Program-made: the position numbers and the translations under genes
Assembly (NCBI GenBank): GCA_021792255.1
Contig: JAJYUZ010000001.1
Coordinates: 416,001 to 480,000, forward strand
Direction: 5' to 3'
DNA length: 64,000 bases
Origin: Thermoplasmata archaeon
GTDB taxonomy: Archaea; Thermoplasmatota; Thermoplasmata; Thermoplasmatales; GCA-001856825
Shown: one piece after another, positions 39,122 to 48,341 of the stretch
Layout: every line of letters starts with the position of its first letter
How positions within the stretch are numbered: the stretch's first letter is position 1
The notes under the pieces: generated by a model
Seen by the model: the letters and a program-made list of their open reading frames with translations, nothing else
What the model was told of the DNA's origin: nothing
Database searches by the model: none

Positions 39122-40396
39122 TCAACGTTTCTTCCAACCGTGACTGAGGATTTGCCAATCTCCAGATTCCACGTTCTCAAGAAATCCTTTGGTCCACGAA
39201 TATTCTGGGTGTAGGGAAAGAAAAAGAGAACTGTCGAATCTGTCAGAACACGGTTTCCCCCACTTAACTTGAGACTCTCCCCTAAGTGCACCTTCCCCTG
39301 AGACTATCTTACCATCTATTGATCCTACTGGATAAAATGGTCCCTTCTTGTCAAACGCGTCGAGATTGGGTTCGATCTCTCTGTGGCCACAGATAGAGTT
39401 CTTACCAGGATTCATTTTTTGCAGGAAGTGGTCGTGGTGATCTGAAAGTATTTTCTTGTAGTCGAGAGTATCTTTTCTTCCATTCCTCAACAGTTCTTCT
39501 AGTCGATACAACCTGCTGTTGTCGGAGTTGATCGAACCGTCGTAAGATATGCTAGATTCTTTTCTCACTTCTTCAAATTGGACATAGTTACTGGAGGGAA
39601 AAAAGCCGTTGTTTTTCTTCAAGAACACGTGGTTGTAAGTGGCGATCTCAAGCAATCCTATCTCCTTATTCTTGCCATCTCCGATAAGGTAGTCGTTCGC
39701 GTATCCTCCGGTGTTCCCATCAATGATGTACTTAGCAAATTCGTCTATGGAATTGGAATTCTGAATAGCTAACCTGAGTCTCTGAAATATCGGAGTTCCC
39801 TTTACGTTATAGGTATCTATCCCGTCCAGGGTCGTCTCGCTTGCCATGATGCCCTTTTCGTTGTAGTAAAAGTCTGTCCCGCTGAAAACCAGACCGGGAG
39901 CAGTCTGCATTACGAAACCTAGCCCTTCATCTGGAGTTATCTTCAGCATCAGATTGAAATTGACGCCAGTGAAGTACCTCCACCACGTCGTGTGAGCGAG
40001 CATCACATCACTGTCTGTAGTGTAGTCTCCTGTTGCCACGAAGGAAGTGCACGATCCGTGGTTTCTAGCCTTACCGACCGACAGGAAACTTTCTGCATCA
40101 AAGGTGACATTTAACGCGAAAATGTCATCAAAATTTATTTGGTCGGGTGCGACCGAGTTGTACCCTTTAACTATTCCTTCCATTTCCTCCTTAATGTCTC
40201 CATCCAGGGAGGAGAGAAAATTGTCTTTCGAGAACTCTACAAGCCACTGCCAGCTCTTAGAAAAATCGTGCGTGAAGATAAAGCTGAAGGTATCGATCGT
40301 CCTTCTAATTTCTTTGCTAAAATTCTGGCCTATTTCCCTGCCTATTTCAGCTGGTGTACCTGCTACCTCTTTGAAAATGAACCTATCTCGTTCCAT
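39122..40396 (-). CDS. C45 family Ntn-hydrolase (peptidase/acyltransferase/amidase)
   Basis: EEMEGI, GSCTSF autoprocessing Cys, LAHT, SETT, NTGGYAN. Confidence 0.75.
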   Translation of the reverse strand: MERDRFIFKEVAGTPAEIGREIGQNFSKEIRRTIDTFSFIFTHDFSKSWQWLVEFSKDNFLSSLDGDIKEEMEGIVKGYNSVAPDQINFDDIFALNVTFDAESFLSVGKARNHGSCTSFVATGDYTTDSDVMLAHTTWWRYFTGVNFNLMLKITPDEGLGFVMQTAPGLVFSGTDFYYNEKGIMASETTLDGIDTYNVKGTPIFQRLRLAIQNSNSIDEFAKYIIDGNTGGYANDYLIGDGKNKEIGLLEIATYNHVFLKKNNGFFPSSNYVQFEEVRKESSISYDGSINSDNSRLYRLEELLRNGRKDTLDYKKILSDHHDHFLQKMNPGKNSICGHREIEPNLDAFDKKGPFYPVGSIDGKIVSGEGALRGESQVKWGKPCSDRFDSSLFLSLHPEYSWTKGFLENVESGDWQILSHGWKKR

Positions 40397-40542
40397 TCAC
40401 TAACCCACTCTTTAGAAACAATTTTTCGATTTTGATAAGGATTTCGGTTGAAACAGAGATGCTTTTAACTGGTATATTCGAAATTGACTCGTGCTGTCCG
40501 TTCCCGAATTGGACGATGAATATCTTTTTGGGAGAAATCCTC

Positions 40543-42453
40543 TTAGAGCGTGAACGGTGAGACGTCCTCTCCGTGACTTTGCTGGAGTTCCTTTAACCGA
40601 GCAATCTCCTTGTCAAGCTCCGTCAGGACTTGCTTTGGAGTCGTGGTTAAGCCTCTGTATACTTCCCTTATCCTAAGATCCTTCTCGATCAATTTGGATG
40701 TCCTGATCCTGAACTGAGCATCGTACTGATCCTTTGTGTATTCTTTCTGAAGGACTGTCTTGAATAATGGTCTCAAGTCCTCGTATTTGGGAATGTATCC
40801 GATCGGAGTTAATGTCGCTTCACCTTCTCCGTGAACTCTCTCTTCCATCCACTTCAACCATACTGCCTTGTCCACTTTCTCGTTGAGGAATGCGCCGTTC
40901 TCCTTCAGGAAATAATTGACTGCAAAGATCAAGGGCTTCTTCTTCAGCTTGACCCCGAACTTGAGATAGTTTTCCAGATATTTCCCAAGATCTACAGAAA
41001 GGAATTCCATTATTGACATTGCGTTGAATGTCCTCACTCCTGTCTTTCCGATCGAGGCTGCCGTGGTTTCTGATTCGATGCTCGCTCCTTTGTTTATCAC
41101 TCCGTGATTCCAATCTAGAGATTCACAGACTGGAGGCCATGTATCACTATCCCTGCCACCAAAAATAATACCTTCCACCGGGACTCCCTCCTTGCTATCG
41201 AGAGCCGCCTTGTCTAGGCCCGAAAACGAGCTCAGTTTGACTGTGAATCTGGCATTCTTGTGAGAAGCAGGTATGTCCTTCCCTTCGGAGTCCTTGTTTC
41301 CTTTCTTCCACACTGCGCTGTGATTTTCTCCGGTTTCCGGTATCGAAACCCCCATTCCGTTCCAGTAAGGTTCTCCGTTGTTTATCAGTACATTCGAGAA
41401 AATTGTTTCATCGTTGCCGTACAGGACATCCCATATCGTACCATCGTCCTCCTCGTTCACACCGTCTATTATTCCAAATACCCCATATTCCAAGTTTATG
41501 GCACGTGCAATTCCATCCTTCTCCTTGATGAATACTAGGTCATCTCCAACGATCCTTTCTGACGGAACCATGCAGGTAGAAGTCTTTCCACAAGCTGACG
41601 GAAATGCTCCCGTGAAATATGTCACCCTGTTTCCCTTTCCATTGACGCCCATGAGGAACATGTGTTCCGACAACCAACCTTCCTCTAGTGCCTTCTTTAT
41701 CGTGAGTCTAAATGCCAGTTTCTTGAGTCCCACGGTGTTACCTGCGTACTGAGTGTTTACAGAGAGACTCGCGTTTCCCTCCAGATCGAAGAACACTCTC
41801 CTGCCCTTGATGTTCTTGGTAGTCTTTCTTGAATCGACCTCTCCCTGACTGTGGATAAATTTTAGAAAATTTGTCTCAGGATTGCGTATAAAATATTCGT
41901 AATCGGACCTGTAGAGGATCATTTCGCTGTGCATCACATAATATGAATCCGTAATCTGTACTGCTTTTAACGAAAGAGGGGAATTCTTCGGACCAAGAGA
42001 AAAGAAGCCTATGAGCATGGTTCTTCCCTTCATTATGCCCTTCATCAGGCTTTCTATCTCGTTTATTCCCGCGGTCCTTTCCATCGTGTTTATGAATGGA
42101 AGCTTTTCCCTTTTTTCTGTCAGAACCTTAGTATTCTCCTTATCCCTGGCCTGATCGAGGTAGTTATCAAAATGATATGTGTGAGAGGTCTTCTTCAAAA
42201 GTTTCTCCTCGCCATATTCTAGTGACTTTCTTCTTATGAATTCATAATCCTCATCTGAATCGGTCACCAGGAATACGGAAGAGGGTTCCATTAGGTCAAT
42301 GTAGTGTGATATGAATTTCTGAAGATCCTGGTTCTCTATAAATTCGATTTTTTTTGTTTCGGAGGGAGGGAAAATAGGTCGATTAGATATGTTAGAACTT
42401 TTCATATATTTCATGAGAGAATATCTTGTAATAACTTTATCTATAATATTCAA
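40543..42453 (-). CDS. pckG: GTP-dependent phosphoenolpyruvate carboxykinase
   Basis: QYAGNTVGLKK, WLSEHM, AFPSACGKT, VGDD, HKNARFT, FGGRD; true start probably slightly downstream of 42453. Confidence 0.95.
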   Translation of the reverse strand: MNIIDKVITRYSLMKYMKSSNISNRPIFPPSETKKIEFIENQDLQKFISHYIDLMEPSSVFLVTDSDEDYEFIRRKSLEYGEEKLLKKTSHTYHFDNYLDQARDKENTKVLTEKREKLPFINTMERTAGINEIESLMKGIMKGRTMLIGFFSLGPKNSPLSLKAVQITDSYYVMHSEMILYRSDYEYFIRNPETNFLKFIHSQGEVDSRKTTKNIKGRRVFFDLEGNASLSVNTQYAGNTVGLKKLAFRLTIKKALEEGWLSEHMFLMGVNGKGNRVTYFTGAFPSACGKTSTCMVPSERIVGDDLVFIKEKDGIARAINLEYGVFGIIDGVNEEDDGTIWDVLYGNDETIFSNVLINNGEPYWNGMGVSIPETGENHSAVWKKGNKDSEGKDIPASHKNARFTVKLSSFSGLDKAALDSKEGVPVEGIIFGGRDSDTWPPVCESLDWNHGVINKGASIESETTAASIGKTGVRTFNAMSIMEFLSVDLGKYLENYLKFGVKLKKKPLIFAVNYFLKENGAFLNEKVDKAVWLKWMEERVHGEGEATLTPIGYIPKYEDLRPLFKTVLQKEYTKDQYDAQFRIRTSKLIEKDLRIREVYRGLTTTPKQVLTELDKEIARLKELQQSHGEDVSPFTL

Positions 42454-42650
42454 TTAAACCAAGTCTAATCACAGTTATTTATCATAGAACAAAACTCATC
42501 TTTCCCGCGTCTAGCAACAGTTTCTGTTGAAAAAATACAGGATTTGTCCACATTGTACCGGGATGACTTTACCGATCCTGAACTGCTACTTTTAGAATAA
42601 AAAGAAATAAAATTATTAATTATGAGAACGCGTTGGTCTTCGGCAGTGGT

Positions 42651-42791
42651 TTATTTTTCGTCTTTCTTCTTTATTCCTTTCATTATGCCTTTCCCAAAGC
42701 CTTTTACGACGTCCGCTCCCTTCTTGGCCGCGTTTCCCACAACTTCTCCTGATTTTTCCACTGCTCCTTCCTTCTTTTTCTCTTCTTCCAT
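42651..42791 (-). CDS. 46-aa Lys/Gly-rich small protein, below the ORF-track size cutoff
   Basis: ATG preceded by GAGGAGGT SD; MEEEKKKEGAVEKSGEVVGNAAKKGADVVKGFGKGIMKGIKKKDEK. Confidence 0.7.
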   Translation of the reverse strand: MEEEKKKEGAVEKSGEVVGNAAKKGADVVKGFGKGIMKGIKKKDEK

Positions 42792-42990
42792 TTTTTGACC
42801 TCCTCTAGAGTAATTTCACTTCACGTATAAATTATCTTCCCTGAATAGTGTGATATTGCTTAAACAGGGTGAATTGCTTCTTAAAGCTGCTCTGATGAAT
42901 ACGATTTTTCGATTGAGAGTGAATTCTCTCTGTTATGGGCTTTTGGAGACCGATCTAACGTGACCGCCAAAAGACCCGGTTTGAACTTTT

Positions 42991-44268
42991 TTAAGTCTTT
43001 TGCACTCTATGTTCCCTCACCTGGAATGAATATACTACTATTCCGGAAAGAATCATCAAACTGCCGAGATATAGTGCCTGGGAGCCAAGAGTTAACATTA
43101 TCACTGCAGACAGAAAAACCGAAATTATCGGCAGGTAAGGAAAGAGGGGAGTATTGAAATCACCCTGTAGTTTTCTCCTCCTGACTATTATTACGGCTAC
43201 TCCCGTCAGCGAGTATGAGAAGATCACTCCGAAATTTGATGCTAATGCTACATATTGCAGATTCCCAAGAAAGAGAGATAATATTGCTAGAGTTCCGATA
43301 ATTATCACTGCTCTTTTTGGTGAGTCGCCTCCCTTTCCTTCTATCCATTTTGGGAAGAGACCATCCTCGCTCATTTGGAGGAGCGTTCTGGAGCCTGCAA
43401 CTATGAGCGAAAGAGTTACAGTAACAGTCGCAATAAGTGCGATAATACTTACCGTAAACGAGACAAAAAATGGAGCACCTGAATAACTGAGCGCACTTAC
43501 TAGAGGATCGGCCGATACGCCATAGAGTTTCCAGGGCATCATCGCCAGCATCCCTAGAACGACAAGAATGTAAAGAACGGTGCTCACGACGAGCGATATC
43601 ATTATCGCCTTAGGCACATTTTTCCTTCCATTCTCCACCTCTGGTGTGAGCGTCGCTATGGTGTTGAATCCAGAATAAGCAAAGAATGCCAGGGAAGCAG
43701 CTTCTATAATGCTCAAGGGCCCGTGTGGCAAAATAGGGGTAAAGTTAGAAGGGGACCATTTACCATAGAAGAATGATATTATAATAAACAGTACCAGTCC
43801 CGCGCTGGTTACAAAGACCAGAATCTGTTCAATTTTGGCTACTACCTTAATGCCTGCATAATCGACCGCAGTTATGGCGATCAGGAAGATTATCGAGATA
43901 GCGAGGATGATGAATTCTGACTGAGAATGAAAGAAGGATAGCAAGTACGATGAAAAACCCAGTGTCACTGCTGCCCCAGCTATTGCATAAGATATCCCCC
44001 TCAGCCATCCCACTAGGAAACCTAGAGAATCGCCCATTGTGACCCTGATAAATGAGTAGAGACCTCCGTGAGAGACTATTTTTGAGGACAGCTCTGCACT
44101 GCTGAAAGCGACAGTCATCGCTAGGAAAGCGGTGAATGCAAAGGCAATAACTGCGCCTGGACCGGACTCTTTGATGACGACTCCTGCGAGCACAAATATC
44201 CCTGCGCCGATGATATTACCCAGGCCGATGGCGGCTGCCTGCCCCATCGTTATCCTTGAATCGCTCAC
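42991..44268 (-). CDS. APC family amino acid permease
   Basis: GNIIGAGIF, GP, FFAYSGF, E..N..NVPKA; about 12 TM. Confidence 0.9.
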   Translation of the reverse strand: MSDSRITMGQAAAIGLGNIIGAGIFVLAGVVIKESGPGAVIAFAFTAFLAMTVAFSSAELSSKIVSHGGLYSFIRVTMGDSLGFLVGWLRGISYAIAGAAVTLGFSSYLLSFFHSQSEFIILAISIIFLIAITAVDYAGIKVVAKIEQILVFVTSAGLVLFIIISFFYGKWSPSNFTPILPHGPLSIIEAASLAFFAYSGFNTIATLTPEVENGRKNVPKAIMISLVVSTVLYILVVLGMLAMMPWKLYGVSADPLVSALSYSGAPFFVSFTVSIIALIATVTVTLSLIVAGSRTLLQMSEDGLFPKWIEGKGGDSPKRAVIIIGTLAILSLFLGNLQYVALASNFGVIFSYSLTGVAVIIVRRRKLQGDFNTPLFPYLPIISVFLSAVIMLTLGSQALYLGSLMILSGIVVYSFQVREHRVQKT

Positions 44269-44321
44269 TCCTTGTCATGAGAAGCGATATTAATACGTTG
44301 TCCGAGTATCTCTGGAAAATC

Positions 44322-44693
44322 TCAGAAATACGCCCAGAAGTTATCCTGCCAGAGATCATACTCTTCCTCCACTTCTCTGGCAAATTGCCTCTTAAATGTT
44401 TTCTTTTTCTCTTCTTCGCGATACAAGCTCAGGATTTCTTCCTTGCTTGTCTTTGATAGCGTATCAAATCTTTGTCTCACTTGTTTCTCCAAGATCGGGT
44501 GCAGTCTGGACATCTTCGATCCAGTAAAACAGACTTTGAAGAATCTTTCGTTCCCCATTTTGACGTGAAAGATCCTCCAATCTATGTCTATCTTATTCGT
44601 GAATTCGTTTCCAACGAGATTGGCAAGAGCCTCGGTAATCTGTTTTTGGTCCACATCTGAGACTTTAAAAGTTATCTCAAGTCCTTTTTCCAC
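44322..44693 (-). CDS. Hypothetical protein
   Basis: 123-aa ORF with natural composition and a distinctive EEEYDLWQDNFWAYF C-terminus. Confidence 0.7.
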   Translation of the reverse strand: MEKGLEITFKVSDVDQKQITEALANLVGNEFTNKIDIDWRIFHVKMGNERFFKVCFTGSKMSRLHPILEKQVRQRFDTLSKTSKEEILSLYREEEKKKTFKRQFAREVEEEYDLWQDNFWAYF

Positions 44694-45117
44694 TCAGCTT
44701 CCCTAAATATTGATCAAAGTTCCATTTTTAAATCTATCCTTATCTAAAATGACGACTATGGGATGAATTAATAACAAAAGAAGCAGGCACTCCTAATCTC
44801 ATTCATTTTTCAAGAGAATAAGATTCTCACTGGCTCCAATTGATGTAAGAAAACTTCCTCATCCTATCTTTGGTTTCCTTTTCAATCCTAGTGGAAATTG
44901 TTTCTATGACAAGTAATACCAATTAGTAATAAACATATCACCATTCGAGAAAACCATTATCTTCGCGCTACAAACACACAGGAATGCCCCTCTCCAATGG
45001 GACGTTGCCTGAAAACAAATGTCTGCAATGCCCACGAAGGACAAAGTCCTCGTGCAAAGTCAGAACATATTTTGAGAGCCTATCTTGCTGTTTCGACTTA
45101 TAAAACGCCTTTTCGTA

Positions 45118-45202
45118 TGCGGAGGGAGGGATTTGAACCCTCGGATCCCTACGGAGCCAGACCCTCAATCTGGCACCTTTGACCTAGCTCGGCAACCTCC
45201 GC
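45118..45202 (-). tRNA. tRNA-Leu (anticodon GAG)
   Basis: Reverse complement: GCGGAGG acceptor, CCAGA-TTGAGGG-TCTGG anticodon arm, long variable arm, GGGTTCAAATCCC T-arm; 85 nt, no CCA. Confidence 0.95.
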
Positions 45203-45332
45203 CCAGCAGAAAAGTTATTCATTTTATTTATTCTTTGGCAAATAATCGGTCGTTCTATACCATATTTCTCGAGTCGTTCGTAATTCGCATGAGCATAAAT
45301 CGTTTAGATTTTAGATGGTGCAATATTTTGAG

Positions 45333-46223
45333 TCACCACTTTTGTCCCGTAATCCTCTCATATAGACTTCTATATAAGGAAGAAGTTTCAGACAGCATGT
45401 TCTCTGGAAGTGGTGGAATGGACGGTTCCTCCAATTTCTTGCTTCTCGCATCTAAGAGCTTCTCGTAATATCCAGTTCTTCGGTAGTACTGCCTCACGAA
45501 TTCCTTGCTTCTCTCCACGAGGGTGCCGTTTCTCTCATATTCATCCTTCTCCCAGAATCTGTCCTCATCGGCAGTGCCGAAGGTGTCAACCAGGACTGGT
45601 TCTCTCTCGTCGTCCAGTGCAAACTCTTTCTTTCCATCCGCGTGTATGAGGCCTCTGTTGAGGGACTCGCTGTTGATCTTTTTGTCCATCTTCAGGATAG
45701 TCTCCTTTATCTTCTCTACGTCTTCACTGCTCAGCCCTCCAATCTGTTTTGCTTCTGAGACATCCAACGGCCTGTCTGTCTTTTCGAATTTTGTCGTCAT
45801 TTCAAAAAGCGGTTCTGGTATCTTTTCTCCATGCTTTGGAATATTCTTGAATCCCAGATCCTGGAATCTCGTTTTCCCCTTTTCGAATCTGTCTAAGAGT
45901 GAGCCGGCTACGTAGTACCGCACAATGAATTCAAGCGGAACCAAGTAGTTCTTCATGCTTTCAGAGGCTCTGCCCTCGATGATCTCAAATTTCTTTACAA
46001 TCATTTCTTTCTTGTTTCTGAACTCGAGAAGATGATTCGGAATTTGCAATTTCGATGCTTGTTCAAACCAGTACGCTGAGGTCCTTGCCAGGGACTCTCC
46101 CTTGTCCGGGACGAGTGAAGGGATGATCTTGTCAAAAACGGATATTTGATCTGTGAAAACAAATAAGAGGTTTTCCCCGATGTCGTAGACCTCTTTTACC
46201 TTGCCCTTTCTTAAAAGCTTCAC
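45333..46223 (-). CDS. purC: SAICAR synthetase
   Basis: GKVKEVY, DQISVFD, PDKG, PLEFIVR, DGKKEFA, DEDRFW, SKEFVRQY. Confidence 0.93.
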   Translation of the reverse strand: MKLLRKGKVKEVYDIGENLLFVFTDQISVFDKIIPSLVPDKGESLARTSAYWFEQASKLQIPNHLLEFRNKKEMIVKKFEIIEGRASESMKNYLVPLEFIVRYYVAGSLLDRFEKGKTRFQDLGFKNIPKHGEKIPEPLFEMTTKFEKTDRPLDVSEAKQIGGLSSEDVEKIKETILKMDKKINSESLNRGLIHADGKKEFALDDEREPVLVDTFGTADEDRFWEKDEYERNGTLVERSKEFVRQYYRRTGYYEKLLDARSKKLEEPSIPPLPENMLSETSSLYRSLYERITGQKW

Positions 46224-46404
46224 ATTTCATTATCTCGAGGTAAACATTAATTTTTCGTCGTTTTTCAATGAATGAATCCTGATAGAAGTTAATTACGGCC
46301 CCAGGAAAAAAGAACCAAACATTACAGGCTGCTTTCGGACATTTATTCGATAGTCCTCCGGTTAGATTGGAAATGTATATTTTGAAGATTGTAATGCATC
46401 CTAT

Positions 46405-47412
46405 ATGGCGACAGAAATCAAGGTCAAATATGGAACTGATCTATTAAAGAAGGGATTTGCCAAGATGACAAAAGGAGGGGTCATTATGGATGTTACAAAT
46501 GCAGATCAAGCCAAGATAGCAGAGGGAGCCGGAGCCATTTCGGTTATGGCGCTAGAGAGAGTTCCAGCGGACATAAGGGCAGAGGGGGGAGTGGCTAGAA
46601 TGGCGGACCCGCTCAAGATTAAGGAAATAGTGGAGGCGGTCACAATCCCGGTCATGGCCAAGGTCAGGATAGGTCACCTTGCTGAGGCCAAAGCTTTAGA
46701 GGAACTCGGAATAGATATGATAGACGAATCCGAAGTTCTTACCCCAGCGGACCCATTTTTTCACGTAAACAAGAAAGAGATCACCATTCCATTCGTGTGC
46801 GGTGCAAGAAACCTCGGAGAGGCTGTCAGAAGAATCTGGGAAGGAGCCGCTATGATTAGAACGAAGGGTGAAGCAGGCACTGGAGATATAATAGAAGCGG
46901 TCAGACACGTTAGAATGGTCAACCAGGGAGTCCAGGAAGTCGTGCTGGCCGACGAAGACGAGCTCTGGGAAATGACGGCTAGCATCTCGAAGAGTTACGA
47001 GAGCCTTATTAGAGAGGTGAGAGGGGGGCTCTACGGGAGGGAGATTGTGACAGACAAGGATGTAATATTTGGCAACTACACATATGGAGAAATTAAATCT
47101 GGAATTCACGAAGTCTTGAAGGAGATTAAGAAGGCAAGGAGACTCCCAGTAGTGAATTTTGCTGCGGGAGGAATTGCATCTCCGGCTGACGCGGTACTGA
47201 TGATGGAACACGGCGTCGATGGAGTTTTCGTCGGAAGCGGAATATTCAAGAGTACCAATCCGGACAGGATGGCGTCTTCGATAGTGCAGGCAACCGCAGC
47301 GTGGGACGACCCTTCGATCCTGGTGGAAACGAGCAAGGGGTTACCGGGGATGAAAGGAAGGGACGTAGGAAAGATGGAGGCATCTGACAAGATCCAAGGC
47401 CGAGGATGGTAA
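46405..47412 (+). CDS. pdxS: Pyridoxal 5'-phosphate synthase lyase subunit
   Basis: [54 protein letters not shown]. Confidence 0.97.
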   Translation: MATEIKVKYGTDLLKKGFAKMTKGGVIMDVTNADQAKIAEGAGAISVMALERVPADIRAEGGVARMADPLKIKEIVEAVTIPVMAKVRIGHLAEAKALEELGIDMIDESEVLTPADPFFHVNKKEITIPFVCGARNLGEAVRRIWEGAAMIRTKGEAGTGDIIEAVRHVRMVNQGVQEVVLADEDELWEMTASISKSYESLIREVRGGLYGREIVTDKDVIFGNYTYGEIKSGIHEVLKEIKKARRLPVVNFAAGGIASPADAVLMMEHGVDGVFVGSGIFKSTNPDRMASSIVQATAAWDDPSILVETSKGLPGMKGRDVGKMEASDKIQGRGW

Positions 47413-47421
47413 ATTTACATA

Positions 47422-48234
47422 ATGAATTTCCTAACAGTCGTCGGTCACATCAACGTAGACATAGTACTTGATATTGAGCAGATTCCGTCTTTTGGAAGCG
47501 AGGAGATTAGGGCCATAGACACAAGACTGGGTGGCACTGGTGCTAATATCGCAAAATTTGCTGCAGCCCTTGGCACACCGGTCAATCTGATATCGAGAAT
47601 CTCCAGAAAGTTTCCAGAAGACCTCCTGTATTCCCTCAAGCGAGACAACCTCAGGCTGTCGCTCGAAATCGGCGACGAAGACGGACCCATTTGCTACATT
47701 GCAGATGCCAAGGATAATCAAATTGCTTACATGTATCAGGGGCCTATGAACAATCCTGGAAAGGAGTACGAGATCGACAGCAAATACTGCCACTTTGCGA
47801 CATCCAACCCGGATTGGATCCTCAAACTGATGCGCAAGAGCAAAAGTATAAAGGTCCTGGACCCGGGACAGGAAATAAAGTACAGATGGAAAAAGGAAAA
47901 ACTCAATGAGGCTCTAAGGATGGCAGATTTAGTGATGCTGAATGAGCAGGAGTTCAACTACCTGTCATCGTTCACCAAGATCGATCCGGAGAAAACTATA
48001 GTGACTCTCAGCGGAAAGGGAGCAATATTCAGGGACGAACTCATTCCTACTGAGCACGTTCCGAAAGCGTCATCTCTTGGTGCAGGTGATATGTTCAGGG
48101 CTGGATTCTACTCCGCACTATATCGTGGAAAGGGAACGAGAGATTCCATCGCCTGCGCGAATAAAGTCACAAGCTTCTATCTGAGTAATGGAATGAATAC
48201 GTCTATCGGGTACGAATGGAATAAGAGTTGCTAG
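47422..48234 (+). CDS. PfkB/ribokinase-family (nucleoside) kinase
   Basis: GHINVD, GGTGANIA, DPGQ, NEQE, GAGDMFRAGF. Confidence 0.88.
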   Translation: MNFLTVVGHINVDIVLDIEQIPSFGSEEIRAIDTRLGGTGANIAKFAAALGTPVNLISRISRKFPEDLLYSLKRDNLRLSLEIGDEDGPICYIADAKDNQIAYMYQGPMNNPGKEYEIDSKYCHFATSNPDWILKLMRKSKSIKVLDPGQEIKYRWKKEKLNEALRMADLVMLNEQEFNYLSSFTKIDPEKTIVTLSGKGAIFRDELIPTEHVPKASSLGAGDMFRAGFYSALYRGKGTRDSIACANKVTSFYLSNGMNTSIGYEWNKSC

Positions 48235-48341
48235 TCCTTCGTTAGTGGTCAAGTCCCGTTTAAGAGGAAGGACCGAGATGCCATTTTCTTCCTTCTAGAA
48301 CTGAGCTTTAAATAGATATAATCGCAAGAAATAACCTCTAA

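Noticed and set aside
44968-45468. ORFs spanning 44968-45468
   Set aside because: They overlap tRNA-Leu and purC, so they are shadow frames.
46960-47110. ~40-aa insertion in PdxS
   Set aside because: Long PdxS forms of about 335 aa are known in archaea.
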